NCBI GenBank assembly: GCA_046861395.1
Contig: JBHHUC010000013.1
Location: 1-42,183, forward strand
DNA: 42,183 bases
Reading direction: 5' to 3'
From: Fidelibacterota bacterium
GTDB lineage: Bacteria; Fidelibacterota; Marinisomatia; Marinisomatales; JABMOV01
The notes beneath the pieces are model-generated. The model was not told the origin of the DNA. It saw only the letters and a program-made list of their open reading frames with translations, and ran no database searches. A program made the position numbers and the translations under genes. Positions 19,864-29,864 of this stretch are shown here, piece by piece (within the stretch, counting starts at the first letter, position 1; each line of letters begins with the position of its first letter).

Positions 19864-22800
19864 ATGAGGTTCACCGGAAGACAAATTTCAGTTGCAATGA
19901 TTCTGGCTATGTTGGGATTACCGCTCTTTGGGCAGGTTTCGGTCGATTTAATAGATGTTAGTGTAGATGCATATCCGACGACGGTGTCTGTCCCGGTTGT
20001 GGTTTCCAACCCGGCTGATAATATTGGGGGAATGCAATTTGATATTACATTGAATCCGGCTTGGATATCCTTAACGGGAATTACACCCTACAGTACATTT
20101 CCTGATTTCACAGGAGATTTCAATCCTCTGGATGATGCTTCCACGCGGATTGTATTCTATAACGGAGCCGGTACCGGAACCATTCCCGCTGGTTCGGACA
20201 CGGTGATGTATCTGCACTTTTCCGGGCCCAACGTTCTCAGTGCTGTTATTGGAATGGATCTTTCCAATATTATTGTCAGTGACGGTAACGGGACGGTGTT
20301 GAGTGCAAGCGGAACTGGTGGCCAGATACAGATTGGGTCGGTTGTTAATCTGTCCCTGACCAGTGATTCGGCCGATGTAAATGAAACGGTTACCCTGGAT
20401 TTGAACCTTACCAATGATGGTGTTGTTGGCGGGTTTCAGTTTGATGTGTTTGATACACCGGATTATCTGGATATCACCAATGTTCAATTGACAACCCGAA
20501 CCACGGGGTTTACAGTGGACACATCACAGGTCCCCTCAGGCATGCGTTTCGTTGTTTATAGCACAACCAATGATAATGTAGCACCGGGAATGGGCGCAGT
20601 CCTCAGTATCGATTTCACAATTCACTATAATGCCTTTGAATCCTTTGTGGGTGTTAACCTGGCCAATGTTACCGTTACTGATGACATCGGCGGTGTTTAC
20701 TGGGTTGCCGGCACTGATTCCGGAACGGTCCATGTCTCTCCCGGATATATGGAAGAGCCACATAACCTGGAAGCCGTTTCTGGATTGGATGGTCAGGTTC
20801 CCCTGATGTGGGATCCGCCCTACGGTCCGATTCCCCTGGACTTTTCCGAAGATTTCGAAGAGGGTGTTATTCCGGCCGATTGGACAATGACTACCAACTC
20901 CGCCGTCGGTTGGTTTGTGACACAGGATGGTTCCAGCTCTTTTTGGCCCATTCCACCTCACACCTGGTATGCTTGTTCGAATGATGATGCAGCCGACGAT
21001 GACGGCTCGGTCGATTATTTAATTACTCCCTCCATCAATGCCGGCAATGCACAGGACATCTTTCTTAATTTTGAATCGTTTTATGATGGCGCCTATGGTC
21101 AGACCGCCCATATTGAAGTCAGCACCGATGGTCAGAACTTCACGGAAGTGGCAACCCTGGCTGCAAATGCCGAATGGGTGAATGAAACTGTGGATCTTTC
21201 GGCCTATGCTGGTACACCACAATTATATATTGCATTCCATTCCAATGATAATGGGGCCTGGGCCTCCGGTTGGGCCGTCGATGATATCACTGTGTCCTTC
21301 GGTGCCGACGGCAGGATTGCCACGAATATTCATTTTGATTTTAATGAACTGGGTCAGTGGGTCATTACTGCGGACAAGGCAGATGTTATTGCGGCTTATC
21401 CCAATGGCATCCCTTATGAATGGAAAGTGGATTGGGAACATCCTCTGGAAAATGCAACAAGTGTTAGTCGGGAATTATCAGGCTTTAATCTTTATCGTTG
21501 GGAAGAAGGAGAAACACCTGCCATTATCCAGGTATTTGGCTCTGATGTGACGGAATATGTCGATACCGATGTACTCAACAGTCACACCTATTATTATTAT
21601 GTTACCTCAGTTTACTCACCCGGCGGCGAATCAATGCCTTCCAATACCGTAACCGGGACTCCGCTGGAATGGGTGGAATTATCCATAGACGACGGTGCAG
21701 CCTTATCCGGTACCACCGACACGTTGAATATATATTTGAATAACCAAACGCAGATTGGCTTCTTCTATCTTGAAATTTCCGATATACCCGATTATTTCCT
21801 GGGTGAAAGCATTCTGGAAACCGACCGTACCACAGGTTGGAGTCTTGATGTTGTGGAACTGCCAAGCGGTAACATGGCTATTACAGGAATCAGTTTGGGA
21901 ACTCCTATTCCTTCCGGTGACGGAGCTATTTGTCGATTGGTGGTCCGTGGATTTAGTGAAGAAGAGGGAACGGCAACGGTAGAATTTATTGCCGCCAGTA
22001 TTGTTGACCTGGCCAACAATGAAATGCCTTGGACGGCAGAACCGGGACAGTTTCATGTTACGATTGAAACTCAGACCCTGTTTTTTGGCAGTGCGGCCGG
22101 GAATCCCGGTGACATGGTAACCATTCCTCTGGTTATTAATTCCACCCAGGATGTTCATGGTGTACAGGTCTTTCTTGTGGATGTGCCTGATCAGGTCATG
22201 GGTGTGACGATCGCGCCAACCAATTATGTCGATTTTTCCAACTGGACGATTGATGCCACCAACACCGGCGGTGAATTCAGAATTTTGTTGTTTGACAATA
22301 CGTTGACAAATCCGATTCCACCCGGTACGGGTCATGTCGCGGATATTTATTATTCCATCAACACAACCGCTCCCCCGGGAACCGATGTTTCTTTTGATTT
22401 TCCCACGGTTGTGGTTTCTGATGTGAATAATCTGCCCATGCATACGGCTGTTGTTCCCCCGGAAATCTACATCGGGGCTCCTGAAGCTCTATTTGGGTTC
22501 GGAAATATTTCCGGCCCGGATGCGAATAATATCGTAACCTTTGACATAACCCTGGCTAATACGGCTCCGGTCTATGTTGTCGACCTGGAATTATTTGATT
22601 TACCATTCAATTTCACGGCGCTGAATATTACGCCTGTGGGTCGTTTCTCCTCCGGAACAATCGATGGAATTTCAGGAGAAAATCCTGACGGTTCCCTCGG
22701 AATCCTGGCGTATGAATTCGCCACCGGAATTACCATCGGTGACGGTCCCATTCTTACGGTGGAAGGTCAGGTCAGCGAACCCGAAGCGATTCTACTGTAT

Positions 22801-23190
22801 TACGGTTCAGTCAGCGGGGCGGATATCAATCTCCAACCGGTCAGCAGCGGAAAGACGGGCTATGGAATTATCAGTTCTACGGTGGGAACGGATGATGTTG
22901 TGGAACTTCCGGCTCAATACGCCTTATATCAGAATTATCCCAATCCCTTCAATCCAACAACACAGATTCAATACGACCTCAAGGCAGAAGGATTGGTTTC
23001 ATTGATCATTTATGATTTAATGGGCCGCCAGATCAAATCACTGGTTCATGAAGTGCAACCGGCCGGTAAACGGATCGTGTTGTGGGATGCCACGGATAAT
23101 CAGAATCAACAGGTTGCCGCCGGTGTATATATTTATCAATTACGCACCAACGAGTTCACGGCGACGCAGAAAATGCTGTTGATTAAATAA
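19864..23190 (+). CDS. Secreted multidomain protein: about 5 cohesin-like repeats, split FN3 enclosing a cleaved-adhesin/MAM-like domain, C-terminal FlgD-Ig/T9SS-A-like sorting domain
   Basis: Start reassigned to ATG 19864 (SD GGAGGA; signal peptide MRFTGRQ...PLFG). Five repeats of about 130 aa; FSEDFE...WAVDDI jelly-roll signature; YQNYPNPFNP...GVYIYQL...KMLLIK tail. Confidence 0.8.
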   Translation: MRFTGRQISVAMILAMLGLPLFGQVSVDLIDVSVDAYPTTVSVPVVVSNPADNIGGMQFDITLNPAWISLTGITPYSTFPDFTGDFNPLDDASTRIVFYNGAGTGTIPAGSDTVMYLHFSGPNVLSAVIGMDLSNIIVSDGNGTVLSASGTGGQIQIGSVVNLSLTSDSADVNETVTLDLNLTNDGVVGGFQFDVFDTPDYLDITNVQLTTRTTGFTVDTSQVPSGMRFVVYSTTNDNVAPGMGAVLSIDFTIHYNAFESFVGVNLANVTVTDDIGGVYWVAGTDSGTVHVSPGYMEEPHNLEAVSGLDGQVPLMWDPPYGPIPLDFSEDFEEGVIPADWTMTTNSAVGWFVTQDGSSSFWPIPPHTWYACSNDDAADDDGSVDYLITPSINAGNAQDIFLNFESFYDGAYGQTAHIEVSTDGQNFTEVATLAANAEWVNETVDLSAYAGTPQLYIAFHSNDNGAWASGWAVDDITVSFGADGRIATNIHFDFNELGQWVITADKADVIAAYPNGIPYEWKVDWEHPLENATSVSRELSGFNLYRWEEGETPAIIQVFGSDVTEYVDTDVLNSHTYYYYVTSVYSPGGESMPSNTVTGTPLEWVELSIDDGAALSGTTDTLNIYLNNQTQIGFFYLEISDIPDYFLGESILETDRTTGWSLDVVELPSGNMAITGISLGTPIPSGDGAICRLVVRGFSEEEGTATVEFIAASIVDLANNEMPWTAEPGQFHVTIETQTLFFGSAAGNPGDMVTIPLVINSTQDVHGVQVFLVDVPDQVMGVTIAPTNYVDFSNWTIDATNTGGEFRILLFDNTLTNPIPPGTGHVADIYYSINTTAPPGTDVSFDFPTVVVSDVNNLPMHTAVVPPEIYIGAPEALFGFGNISGPDANNIVTFDITLANTAPVYVVDLELFDLPFNFTALNITPVGRFSSGTIDGISGENPDGSLGILAYEFATGITIGDGPILTVEGQVSEPEAILLYYGSVSGADINLQPVSSGKTGYGIISSTVGTDDVVELPAQYALYQNYPNPFNPTTQIQYDLKAEGLVSLIIYDLMGRQIKSLVHEVQPAGKRIVLWDATDNQNQQVAAGVYIYQLRTNEFTATQKMLLIK

Positions 23191-23213
23191 TTCATTAGCA
23201 ACGATAATGACCG

Positions 23214-23243
23214 GAAAAAGGGCGTCAAACGATGCCCTTTTTC
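23214..23243 (+). terminator. Intrinsic terminator hairpin
   Basis: GAAAAAGGGCGTC-AAAC-GATGCCCTTTTTC, a 13-bp stem with one G-U pair, 24 nt after the stop. Confidence 0.8.
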
Positions 23244-23290
23244 TATGAATGAACGGGGGTCTATTCCGTAATTTCAGCGATGCAAATTCT

Positions 23291-23373
23291 ACCGGGATGG
23301 CGGAATTGGTAGACGCGCCAGATTTAGGATCTGGTATCCATTGGATGTGAGGGTTCGAGTCCCTTTCCCGGTA
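23291..23373 (+). tRNA. tRNA-Leu (anticodon TAG)
   Basis: Acceptor stem ACCGGGA/TCCCGGT plus discriminator A; D-loop GGAATTGGTAGAC; anticodon arm CCAGA-TTTAGGA-TCTGG; long variable arm; T-arm GAGGG-TTCGAGT-CCCTT. CCA not encoded. Confidence 0.97.
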
Positions 23374-23387
23374 CAGTCTAAACCATA

Positions 23388-26300
23388 TTATTCCGGGGTC
23401 AGGATTTTTACCAGACCACCGAATTGCTTATTGATTGTAAATCCGTGCTTATAAAATAATCCGGCCTGGAAGAAACCAACCGTAACGTATTGATAATTCA
23501 GATGGGTCAGACGTTGGAAAAATTCATTCAGAAGTCTGGCACTGAGACCCCGTTTCTGAAATTCCCGACGAATGACAATTCGTTCTAAGTAAGCGGTAGA
23601 ATTTCCAATATCTTTCCAGTAAATTCCTCCAATGACGTGGTTTTGTGCATCCAGCATGAGCAGGAATTGGTGATCCTGATGAAAGGGAGCCGCCATATTG
23701 GCCTGACTCAGAATGGCATAAAACCCGGCAATTTCCCGGGGATGAAAGGCTGATCGGATACGGTAGTATTCGCCCGTATCATCGGTGATGGTCGTGATGA
23801 GGTCCAGACGGCCCTGCTGACCGAAATCCCATGAAACCAGTTTGCCGAAGTCCTGAGCTTGAATATGTTCAAACAATAACCGGGTCAGGAAATACTCATC
23901 TTCATCATTAATGTCCATCTTTTCCAAAATCATGCGAATATTCTGATCCATCTCCTGCAGAGAAATGGCCCGGGCGCGGACATCCTTCTGGAGGTGAGTA
24001 AGAATATCTCTAAACTCCGGTGGGCTGTCCTTGAAACAGGTCATGAGAAAGAAGCGAATCCGTGTTTCAGGATAATGTTCCAGGAGATCGCGCAGTTGAT
24101 AATCTTTATATAATTCCAGCAGAATACTGCCCCGGGCTTCCTTGGTGGCTTTAGGATTTAATTCCAGCCAGCGGTTGTACCGCAAGGCGGCAAAGGTCAC
24201 TTGTTTGGTTAATACGCCGTAGGAAACTATTTCCGTAATGAAATCATCGATGCGTTGGGGCGTAAGATCATAGGCGGTACATTTTTCCTGCAAGTCCGGC
24301 TGGCGGATATCACGCTGCAACTGCCGTAATAGTTCCAATCCATTTTTAACGGATACGACCTGAATCAGGGCTGTGAACAGAATTTCCCAGTCCGCCATCC
24401 GTTGTAAACCACGATACTGGGCTTCCGTTTTGAGAATGAAATTTTCCCATAATGAAAACAACAAGGGAGCAAAATTATTATTCTGTACTCGATTCGATAT
24501 GGAAATCAAGCGGGTTCCGCTAGTATAATCATATTCCGGGATAATCAAATTGGCAGGTGAGGGGTCGGCAATGATATAGGAATAATTGGTCCGATACCAG
24601 AAATCAAAATAGGCCATGCAACCGTTCCAGATAAAATGTAACCAACGCATTTGCCAGCGATCCACTCGCTTCCCGCCGTTAATTTCCTGTCGGTTGCGCT
24701 CCAGGTACTGGGAAAGCGTTTCGCCGGGAATATATTCTTCCGTATAACATTGATGTTCCGGCCAGTAACCACCAAAATCCTCAACCAGTTTCCGGCCTCC
24801 TTCCCGGGATGACATGACGATTAACCACTGGATTTCTTCCTCCAGGAATTCCTTAGGCAGGGACTGATTATAATTGATGACCAGATTAAAGGATTCATGA
24901 TATCGGGTCTGGACCAACACCCGGTAAACCAGCTTGCCATGGGCTTCTCCCAGTTTGGAAACCCAGATTCCCTTCAAGGGGATATCATTCAGCTGGATCA
25001 GCTTATTATGGGCAAAAATGAATATGGATTCACGCAATAAACTGGTTTCCGATAAGCCTTTGGTCAGGTGGGGACGCATGGCTTCCGAAACATTATCATC
25101 GAATTCAATGACATCCTGCCAACCGTATTCCTGATCAGTCTCAGGATCGATGGTGACCTGAACTGTCGCTCCCAGCCATAGACGGAAGGCTTGGATCATT
25201 GATTGCAACTGTTCCTCAGCCAATCGGGCAGTAGCAGGATCTGGACAGAAACGACGCCACCAGTTCAACTCTCTCCGCCCTTCCAGATAGGTCGACGGAT
25301 GATGAGAGCAATAAGCAGCAACAATTCCCAGTAATACGGCAATACAATGGTAATCACCGGAAGATAGTGATGCGAGGGAATGTTTCTGGTTCTGCAAATG
25401 ATGCATGACAGCTTTGAAATGCCCTTTATGAAAACGGGATATATCCAGATCCGCATTATCCGATGCCCCATGCTTCTGGGCAAAAGCCAGCACAGGAAGT
25501 AACAGGGTAATAAATTCTTCCCCGCTTAAATAGGGGAGCAAACTGTTCAGGGCCTGAAACTGAATCTCGTCGTCAGGATAGTGGCACAAGCGTTTTATTA
25601 TCCGCAGGATAATTTCTTTGAATTCTTCAGATTGCGCCAAGACAAAATCAAGATGACTCAAGGCCTGTATCACAATGGAACGGTCTTGATGATGGAACAT
25701 CATAGCTGCCTGGTGAACCGATGACAAGGTGACGGATTTTTCCTGTACAAACCGAATGAAATCCTTCGTGGTTTTCGGATGAAATAGATCGGGAAAAAGT
25801 GCCTTTTCATCCAATTCTAAATGGCAATCTGGTTTATCCTTGTTTTTCCGAAAGGCCACATTTCCGGTGAAAAGAATCAGGTCTTCATTGCCCAGCCAGA
25901 GATCGGGTCGTTTGAGGAAAGCATCCAAATCAATAACCGGATAATTCAATTGATAAAGAAAAGAACCTACCGTGGCGGACGTTTTCTGGTAAGTCAGTTT
26001 CAGGCTTTTATCATCCTTATTCAGATGAAGACATTCACCATCCCAGCGAATATCGCTGCGAGTCACACCCCATTCCCGCATCAGCCAGTTTGGAATCCGG
26101 ATTTCGTATTCCTGGAAGAAGCAGGAGATATAATTCCGTTGGTACATGGGGCTTATATATTCGGTAAAATGCTGCAGAACTGTCTTGCGTTTGAATGTCT
26201 TTTTGGGAGTGAGTTCCCCTTTTTCGCGTGAAAAATCTCTGGGAATAACACTGTACTGAACGATTCGCTCATAGGGTGCCAGAAATGTATTCACCGATTG

Positions 26301-27959
26301 AACAATAGGTGTGAACCATTTCTGGAGATCAGTTTTTTGTTCTTCGGGAATGTTTTTCATATCGGGATAAATCAATAACGTGTTGTATTCCTGTCCGTCG
26401 CCAACTAGAAAAACGGATTTTACCGAATCGAAATCCAGAAACATGTTTTCAATTTTTTGCGGTGATATGGTCTGACCCCGGCTGTTTTTATATATTTCCT
26501 TTTTACGGTCGATGATGAAATAATGCCCTCTCTTAATACGGAAAATATCTCCGGTATAGAACCAACCATCCTTGAAAACACCTTGGGGTGATTCAGGATA
26601 ATAACCGGAGGTGACGTAACATCCCCGTAGGAGCAATTCGCCGTCGTCATTTAATCGTGTTTCAATTCCCGGGAGCGGTTTACCCACGGATTCATTCACA
26701 TAGTCCCCCGGTGGCGTCATGAGGATTCCTCCTGTGGCTTCGGTCATTCCATACCCACTGAGTAGTTGAATCCCCTGAGACTGAAAATACTGAAAGATTC
26801 CGGGATCCAGATGTCCCGCTGCGCTGAGTCCCCATTTCAGCTGTCCTCCCGTTAAGCGTTTGATGGTTTTCCGGGCCGGGACGCCATTTCCCGAAACCAG
26901 GGAATCCTGTACATAATCATACAATTGAATCCACCGTTTTGGAATACTGATGAATACAGTGGGTTTCACCAGCCGGAAATCCTTCAGCAGGGATTGAAAC
27001 CCCGGTGATTCGGCAAAAGTATAGGTTGACCCCAGGTAAAGGCTTCCCATCATTTCGAGAAAACGACCAAAGGTGTGGTAGAGAGGAAGGTAGGCTAAAA
27101 AAGTATCGCGGGATGATATTTCCGGTAATGCCAAGGGGCGGAAAAATCGTTTACTCATAATATTTGTTTGACTGAAAATAATGCCTTTGGGATCGGCCGT
27201 GGTGCCTGAGGTATACATGATGGAGGCAATGCCATTCATATCCAATCGGGAATGTGACGGCTCAGGAGCTGTTTTTCCGTTGGCAAGAAAGGTTTCCCAG
27301 GACGTGGCTTCAAACATTTCAGATTTCGCGCCGGGAAACAGAATGACCTGAGGCAATGAAATACTTTTACTGATCTGTTCCACCAGTGTTATTTGTTCGG
27401 TACCGCCCAGGAATAAATGAGTAATACCGGCATGATGAAGAATGTATTGAAAATGTTCCTGTGAGAGAGTGGTGGGAATAGGAATGACACGAAATGCGAA
27501 GGACAGACACGCCAGATCAACCAAGGCACCGTAGCGGCTATTCGGTGTGAAAATGCCTATGACCGGGTTGACATGATTGCCGATACTTCCGGCAATCTGC
27601 TTGGTGAGTGACCAGGCCTGAGTATACGTCATCTTTTGGATTGTTTGGCCTGTGATCCATTGAAATAATGGCTTATTGGCGTATCGTTGTGCCCGCTGTC
27701 GATAACATATACCCAGATGATATTCAGAGGCAATAAGCAGGTGAGTGATTAAGTCCACCCACTGTTTTTGGTACGGTGAATTATGAAAAACACGATTCAC
27801 CGAACGGAAATGGGCGAGTTCAAGAAAGGCCCGTACTATATCAGGTGAACCGGTTGGTAATTCCTGTCCCAGAGAAAGTAATTCACTGGCCGGTACAATG
27901 TCATCGGTTGCCAGCGTTTGCGCCAGGGAGGTAATGCGTTCGATTATCCTGGATTCCAT
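23388..27959 (-). CDS. Large fusion protein: long-chain acyl-CoA synthetase-like AMP-binding domain, helical region, degenerate protein-kinase-like fold, C-terminal GNAT domain
   Basis: YTSGTTADPKG, YLPLYH, GYGMTE, WFYTGD, IIDRKKE in the N-terminal 600 aa; AYLERIVIRREFQKRGLSARLL...LFYKHGF (GNAT motifs A/B) at the C-terminus. The kinase-like call is inference. Confidence 0.8.
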   Translation of the reverse strand: MESRIIERITSLAQTLATDDIVPASELLSLGQELPTGSPDIVRAFLELAHFRSVNRVFHNSPYQKQWVDLITHLLIASEYHLGICYRQRAQRYANKPLFQWITGQTIQKMTYTQAWSLTKQIAGSIGNHVNPVIGIFTPNSRYGALVDLACLSFAFRVIPIPTTLSQEHFQYILHHAGITHLFLGGTEQITLVEQISKSISLPQVILFPGAKSEMFEATSWETFLANGKTAPEPSHSRLDMNGIASIMYTSGTTADPKGIIFSQTNIMSKRFFRPLALPEISSRDTFLAYLPLYHTFGRFLEMMGSLYLGSTYTFAESPGFQSLLKDFRLVKPTVFISIPKRWIQLYDYVQDSLVSGNGVPARKTIKRLTGGQLKWGLSAAGHLDPGIFQYFQSQGIQLLSGYGMTEATGGILMTPPGDYVNESVGKPLPGIETRLNDDGELLLRGCYVTSGYYPESPQGVFKDGWFYTGDIFRIKRGHYFIIDRKKEIYKNSRGQTISPQKIENMFLDFDSVKSVFLVGDGQEYNTLLIYPDMKNIPEEQKTDLQKWFTPIVQSVNTFLAPYERIVQYSVIPRDFSREKGELTPKKTFKRKTVLQHFTEYISPMYQRNYISCFFQEYEIRIPNWLMREWGVTRSDIRWDGECLHLNKDDKSLKLTYQKTSATVGSFLYQLNYPVIDLDAFLKRPDLWLGNEDLILFTGNVAFRKNKDKPDCHLELDEKALFPDLFHPKTTKDFIRFVQEKSVTLSSVHQAAMMFHHQDRSIVIQALSHLDFVLAQSEEFKEIILRIIKRLCHYPDDEIQFQALNSLLPYLSGEEFITLLLPVLAFAQKHGASDNADLDISRFHKGHFKAVMHHLQNQKHSLASLSSGDYHCIAVLLGIVAAYCSHHPSTYLEGRRELNWWRRFCPDPATARLAEEQLQSMIQAFRLWLGATVQVTIDPETDQEYGWQDVIEFDDNVSEAMRPHLTKGLSETSLLRESIFIFAHNKLIQLNDIPLKGIWVSKLGEAHGKLVYRVLVQTRYHESFNLVINYNQSLPKEFLEEEIQWLIVMSSREGGRKLVEDFGGYWPEHQCYTEEYIPGETLSQYLERNRQEINGGKRVDRWQMRWLHFIWNGCMAYFDFWYRTNYSYIIADPSPANLIIPEYDYTSGTRLISISNRVQNNNFAPLLFSLWENFILKTEAQYRGLQRMADWEILFTALIQVVSVKNGLELLRQLQRDIRQPDLQEKCTAYDLTPQRIDDFITEIVSYGVLTKQVTFAALRYNRWLELNPKATKEARGSILLELYKDYQLRDLLEHYPETRIRFFLMTCFKDSPPEFRDILTHLQKDVRARAISLQEMDQNIRMILEKMDINDEDEYFLTRLLFEHIQAQDFGKLVSWDFGQQGRLDLITTITDDTGEYYRIRSAFHPREIAGFYAILSQANMAAPFHQDHQFLLMLDAQNHVIGGIYWKDIGNSTAYLERIVIRREFQKRGLSARLLNEFFQRLTHLNYQYVTVGFFQAGLFYKHGFTINKQFGGLVKILTPE

Positions 27960-28109
27960 GATGTGAATTTAGAGCAATTATTTGCCACTGTATACGGACA
28001 TAAAGCCCAACCATATCAGGTAAAGGTCGTGGTGGTTGGCGTGAATCATTCATTGAGAACCGTCAAAAAGGTTTTTAGATTCATGAAAAGGAATTAAGCA
28101 AGGAATAGA

Positions 28110-29798
28110 ATGAATAAATCAAATCAATTATCCCCAGAAGATATTGCACGGGCCATTGAATTGGCTCCGGACCCTTTGAAACAATATATCCAGTATCTGG
28201 AATCTCAGATCGAGCGTTTTTCCGAAATAGGTCTGGCCTTGACCAAAGAGAAAAATATGGACTGCCTACTGGAAATGATTCTGCTGGAAGCCAAACGGAT
28301 TACGAATGCGGATGGTGGTACATTATATATGATGACAGACGATCATCGGTTAAAATTTGAAATCATGATGACGGATTCCCTGAATTACCACATGGGGGGA
28401 ACCACGGGGAATGACATTCCTTTTTATCCCGTACGCCTGTACGACGAGGACGGAAAACCAAATACCACCATGATCGCAGCCTACGTGGGATTGACGGGTG
28501 AAACGGTGAATATTGATGATGCCTACGAAGCGGAAGGCTTTGATTTCAGTGGGACCAAGATGTTTGATGAAAAAACCGGTTATCGCTCGAAGTCCTTCCT
28601 CACCGTGCCATTGAAAAATCATCAGGATGAAATTATTGGTGTTCTTCAACTTCTGAATGCGACCGACCCCGTAACGGGTGAAACAATTTCATTTTCGGAA
28701 CGGGTCCAGGTATTGGTGGAAGGATTGGCTGGACAGGCAGCTGTGGTCATCACCAATAAGAATCTGATTAAGGATTTAGAAACACTCTTTGAGAGCTTTA
28801 TCAAATTGATCGCATCGGCCATTGATGCCAAGTCACCATATACCGGCGGACATTGCGAACGGGTACCGGAAATCACCTTAATGCTGGCAGAAGCAGTGAA
28901 TAAGACCAAGGAAGGACCGCTGGCTGATGTTCACTTCACGGAAAACCAGATGTATGAACTTAAAATTGCAGCCTGGTTACATGATTGCGGCAAGGTAACC
29001 ACGCCGGAATATGTCGTGGATAAATCCACCAAACTAGAAACGATATATGATAAAATTCATACCGTGGAAACCCGCTTCGAAGTATTGATCCGTGATGTGG
29101 AGATACGGCGTCAGAAAGCCCTGATGAAATTGTATAAAAATCAGACATTGTCGGACAAGAATCGGAATCGTGAAATACGAAAAGTCAATGCCCATTATCG
29201 TGATTTGACTCGGCAAATAAGATCCGATTTGGCCTTTCTTCAGGAAGCCAATATCGGCGGTGAATTCATGAGCCAGGATAAAAAAGACCGGGTCAGTCGG
29301 ATTGCCCGCCAATATCAATGGAAATTGAATGGGAAACGAATTCCCGTTCTGGATGAAGAAGAAGTTTACAACTTGCATATCGCTCGGGGAACATTGACTC
29401 ATGAAGAGCGGAAAGTGATTAACAGTCATATTACCCAGACGATCAGGATGCTGAATCAATTGCCCTACCCGAAACATTTAAGAAATGTCCCGGAATATGC
29501 CGGTGGGCATCACGAAAAACTGGATGGCACGGGTTATCCCCAGGGATTGACCAGGGATGAAATGTCGGTCCAGGCACGGATTATGGCCATTGCCGATATC
29601 TTCGAAGCTCTAACAGCTCGGGACCGCCCATATAAAAAAGGTAAGACACTCAGTCAGGCCCTAAAAATATTAGGCTTCATGCGGAATGATGCTCATATTG
29701 ACCCCGACCTGATGGATATCTTTATCAAGGAAAAAATCTATCTGGACTATGCCAAAAAGCATATGAATGCATCACAGGTAGATGAAGTAGCAATATAA
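28110..29798 (+). CDS. GAF plus HD-GYP domain phosphodiesterase (cyclic dinucleotide)
   Basis: ADGGTLY...GYRSKSFLTVPL...IIGVLQLLN (GAF); DAKSPYTGGHCERV, WLHDCGK, HHEKLDGTGYP, ADIFEALTA, RPYKK. Confidence 0.92.
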   Translation: MNKSNQLSPEDIARAIELAPDPLKQYIQYLESQIERFSEIGLALTKEKNMDCLLEMILLEAKRITNADGGTLYMMTDDHRLKFEIMMTDSLNYHMGGTTGNDIPFYPVRLYDEDGKPNTTMIAAYVGLTGETVNIDDAYEAEGFDFSGTKMFDEKTGYRSKSFLTVPLKNHQDEIIGVLQLLNATDPVTGETISFSERVQVLVEGLAGQAAVVITNKNLIKDLETLFESFIKLIASAIDAKSPYTGGHCERVPEITLMLAEAVNKTKEGPLADVHFTENQMYELKIAAWLHDCGKVTTPEYVVDKSTKLETIYDKIHTVETRFEVLIRDVEIRRQKALMKLYKNQTLSDKNRNREIRKVNAHYRDLTRQIRSDLAFLQEANIGGEFMSQDKKDRVSRIARQYQWKLNGKRIPVLDEEEVYNLHIARGTLTHEERKVINSHITQTIRMLNQLPYPKHLRNVPEYAGGHHEKLDGTGYPQGLTRDEMSVQARIMAIADIFEALTARDRPYKKGKTLSQALKILGFMRNDAHIDPDLMDIFIKEKIYLDYAKKHMNASQVDEVAI

Positions 29799-29864
29799 TT
29801 CCATATTCGATCCTGAAAGTGATCCTGTCCTTTTTCGGGGTTGGAAATATACTTAGATTTTTCC

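Noticed and set aside
23291..23388. tRNA-Leu as an integration site for a genomic island
   Set aside because: No integrase or transposase in the window and I saw no duplicate of the tRNA 3' end
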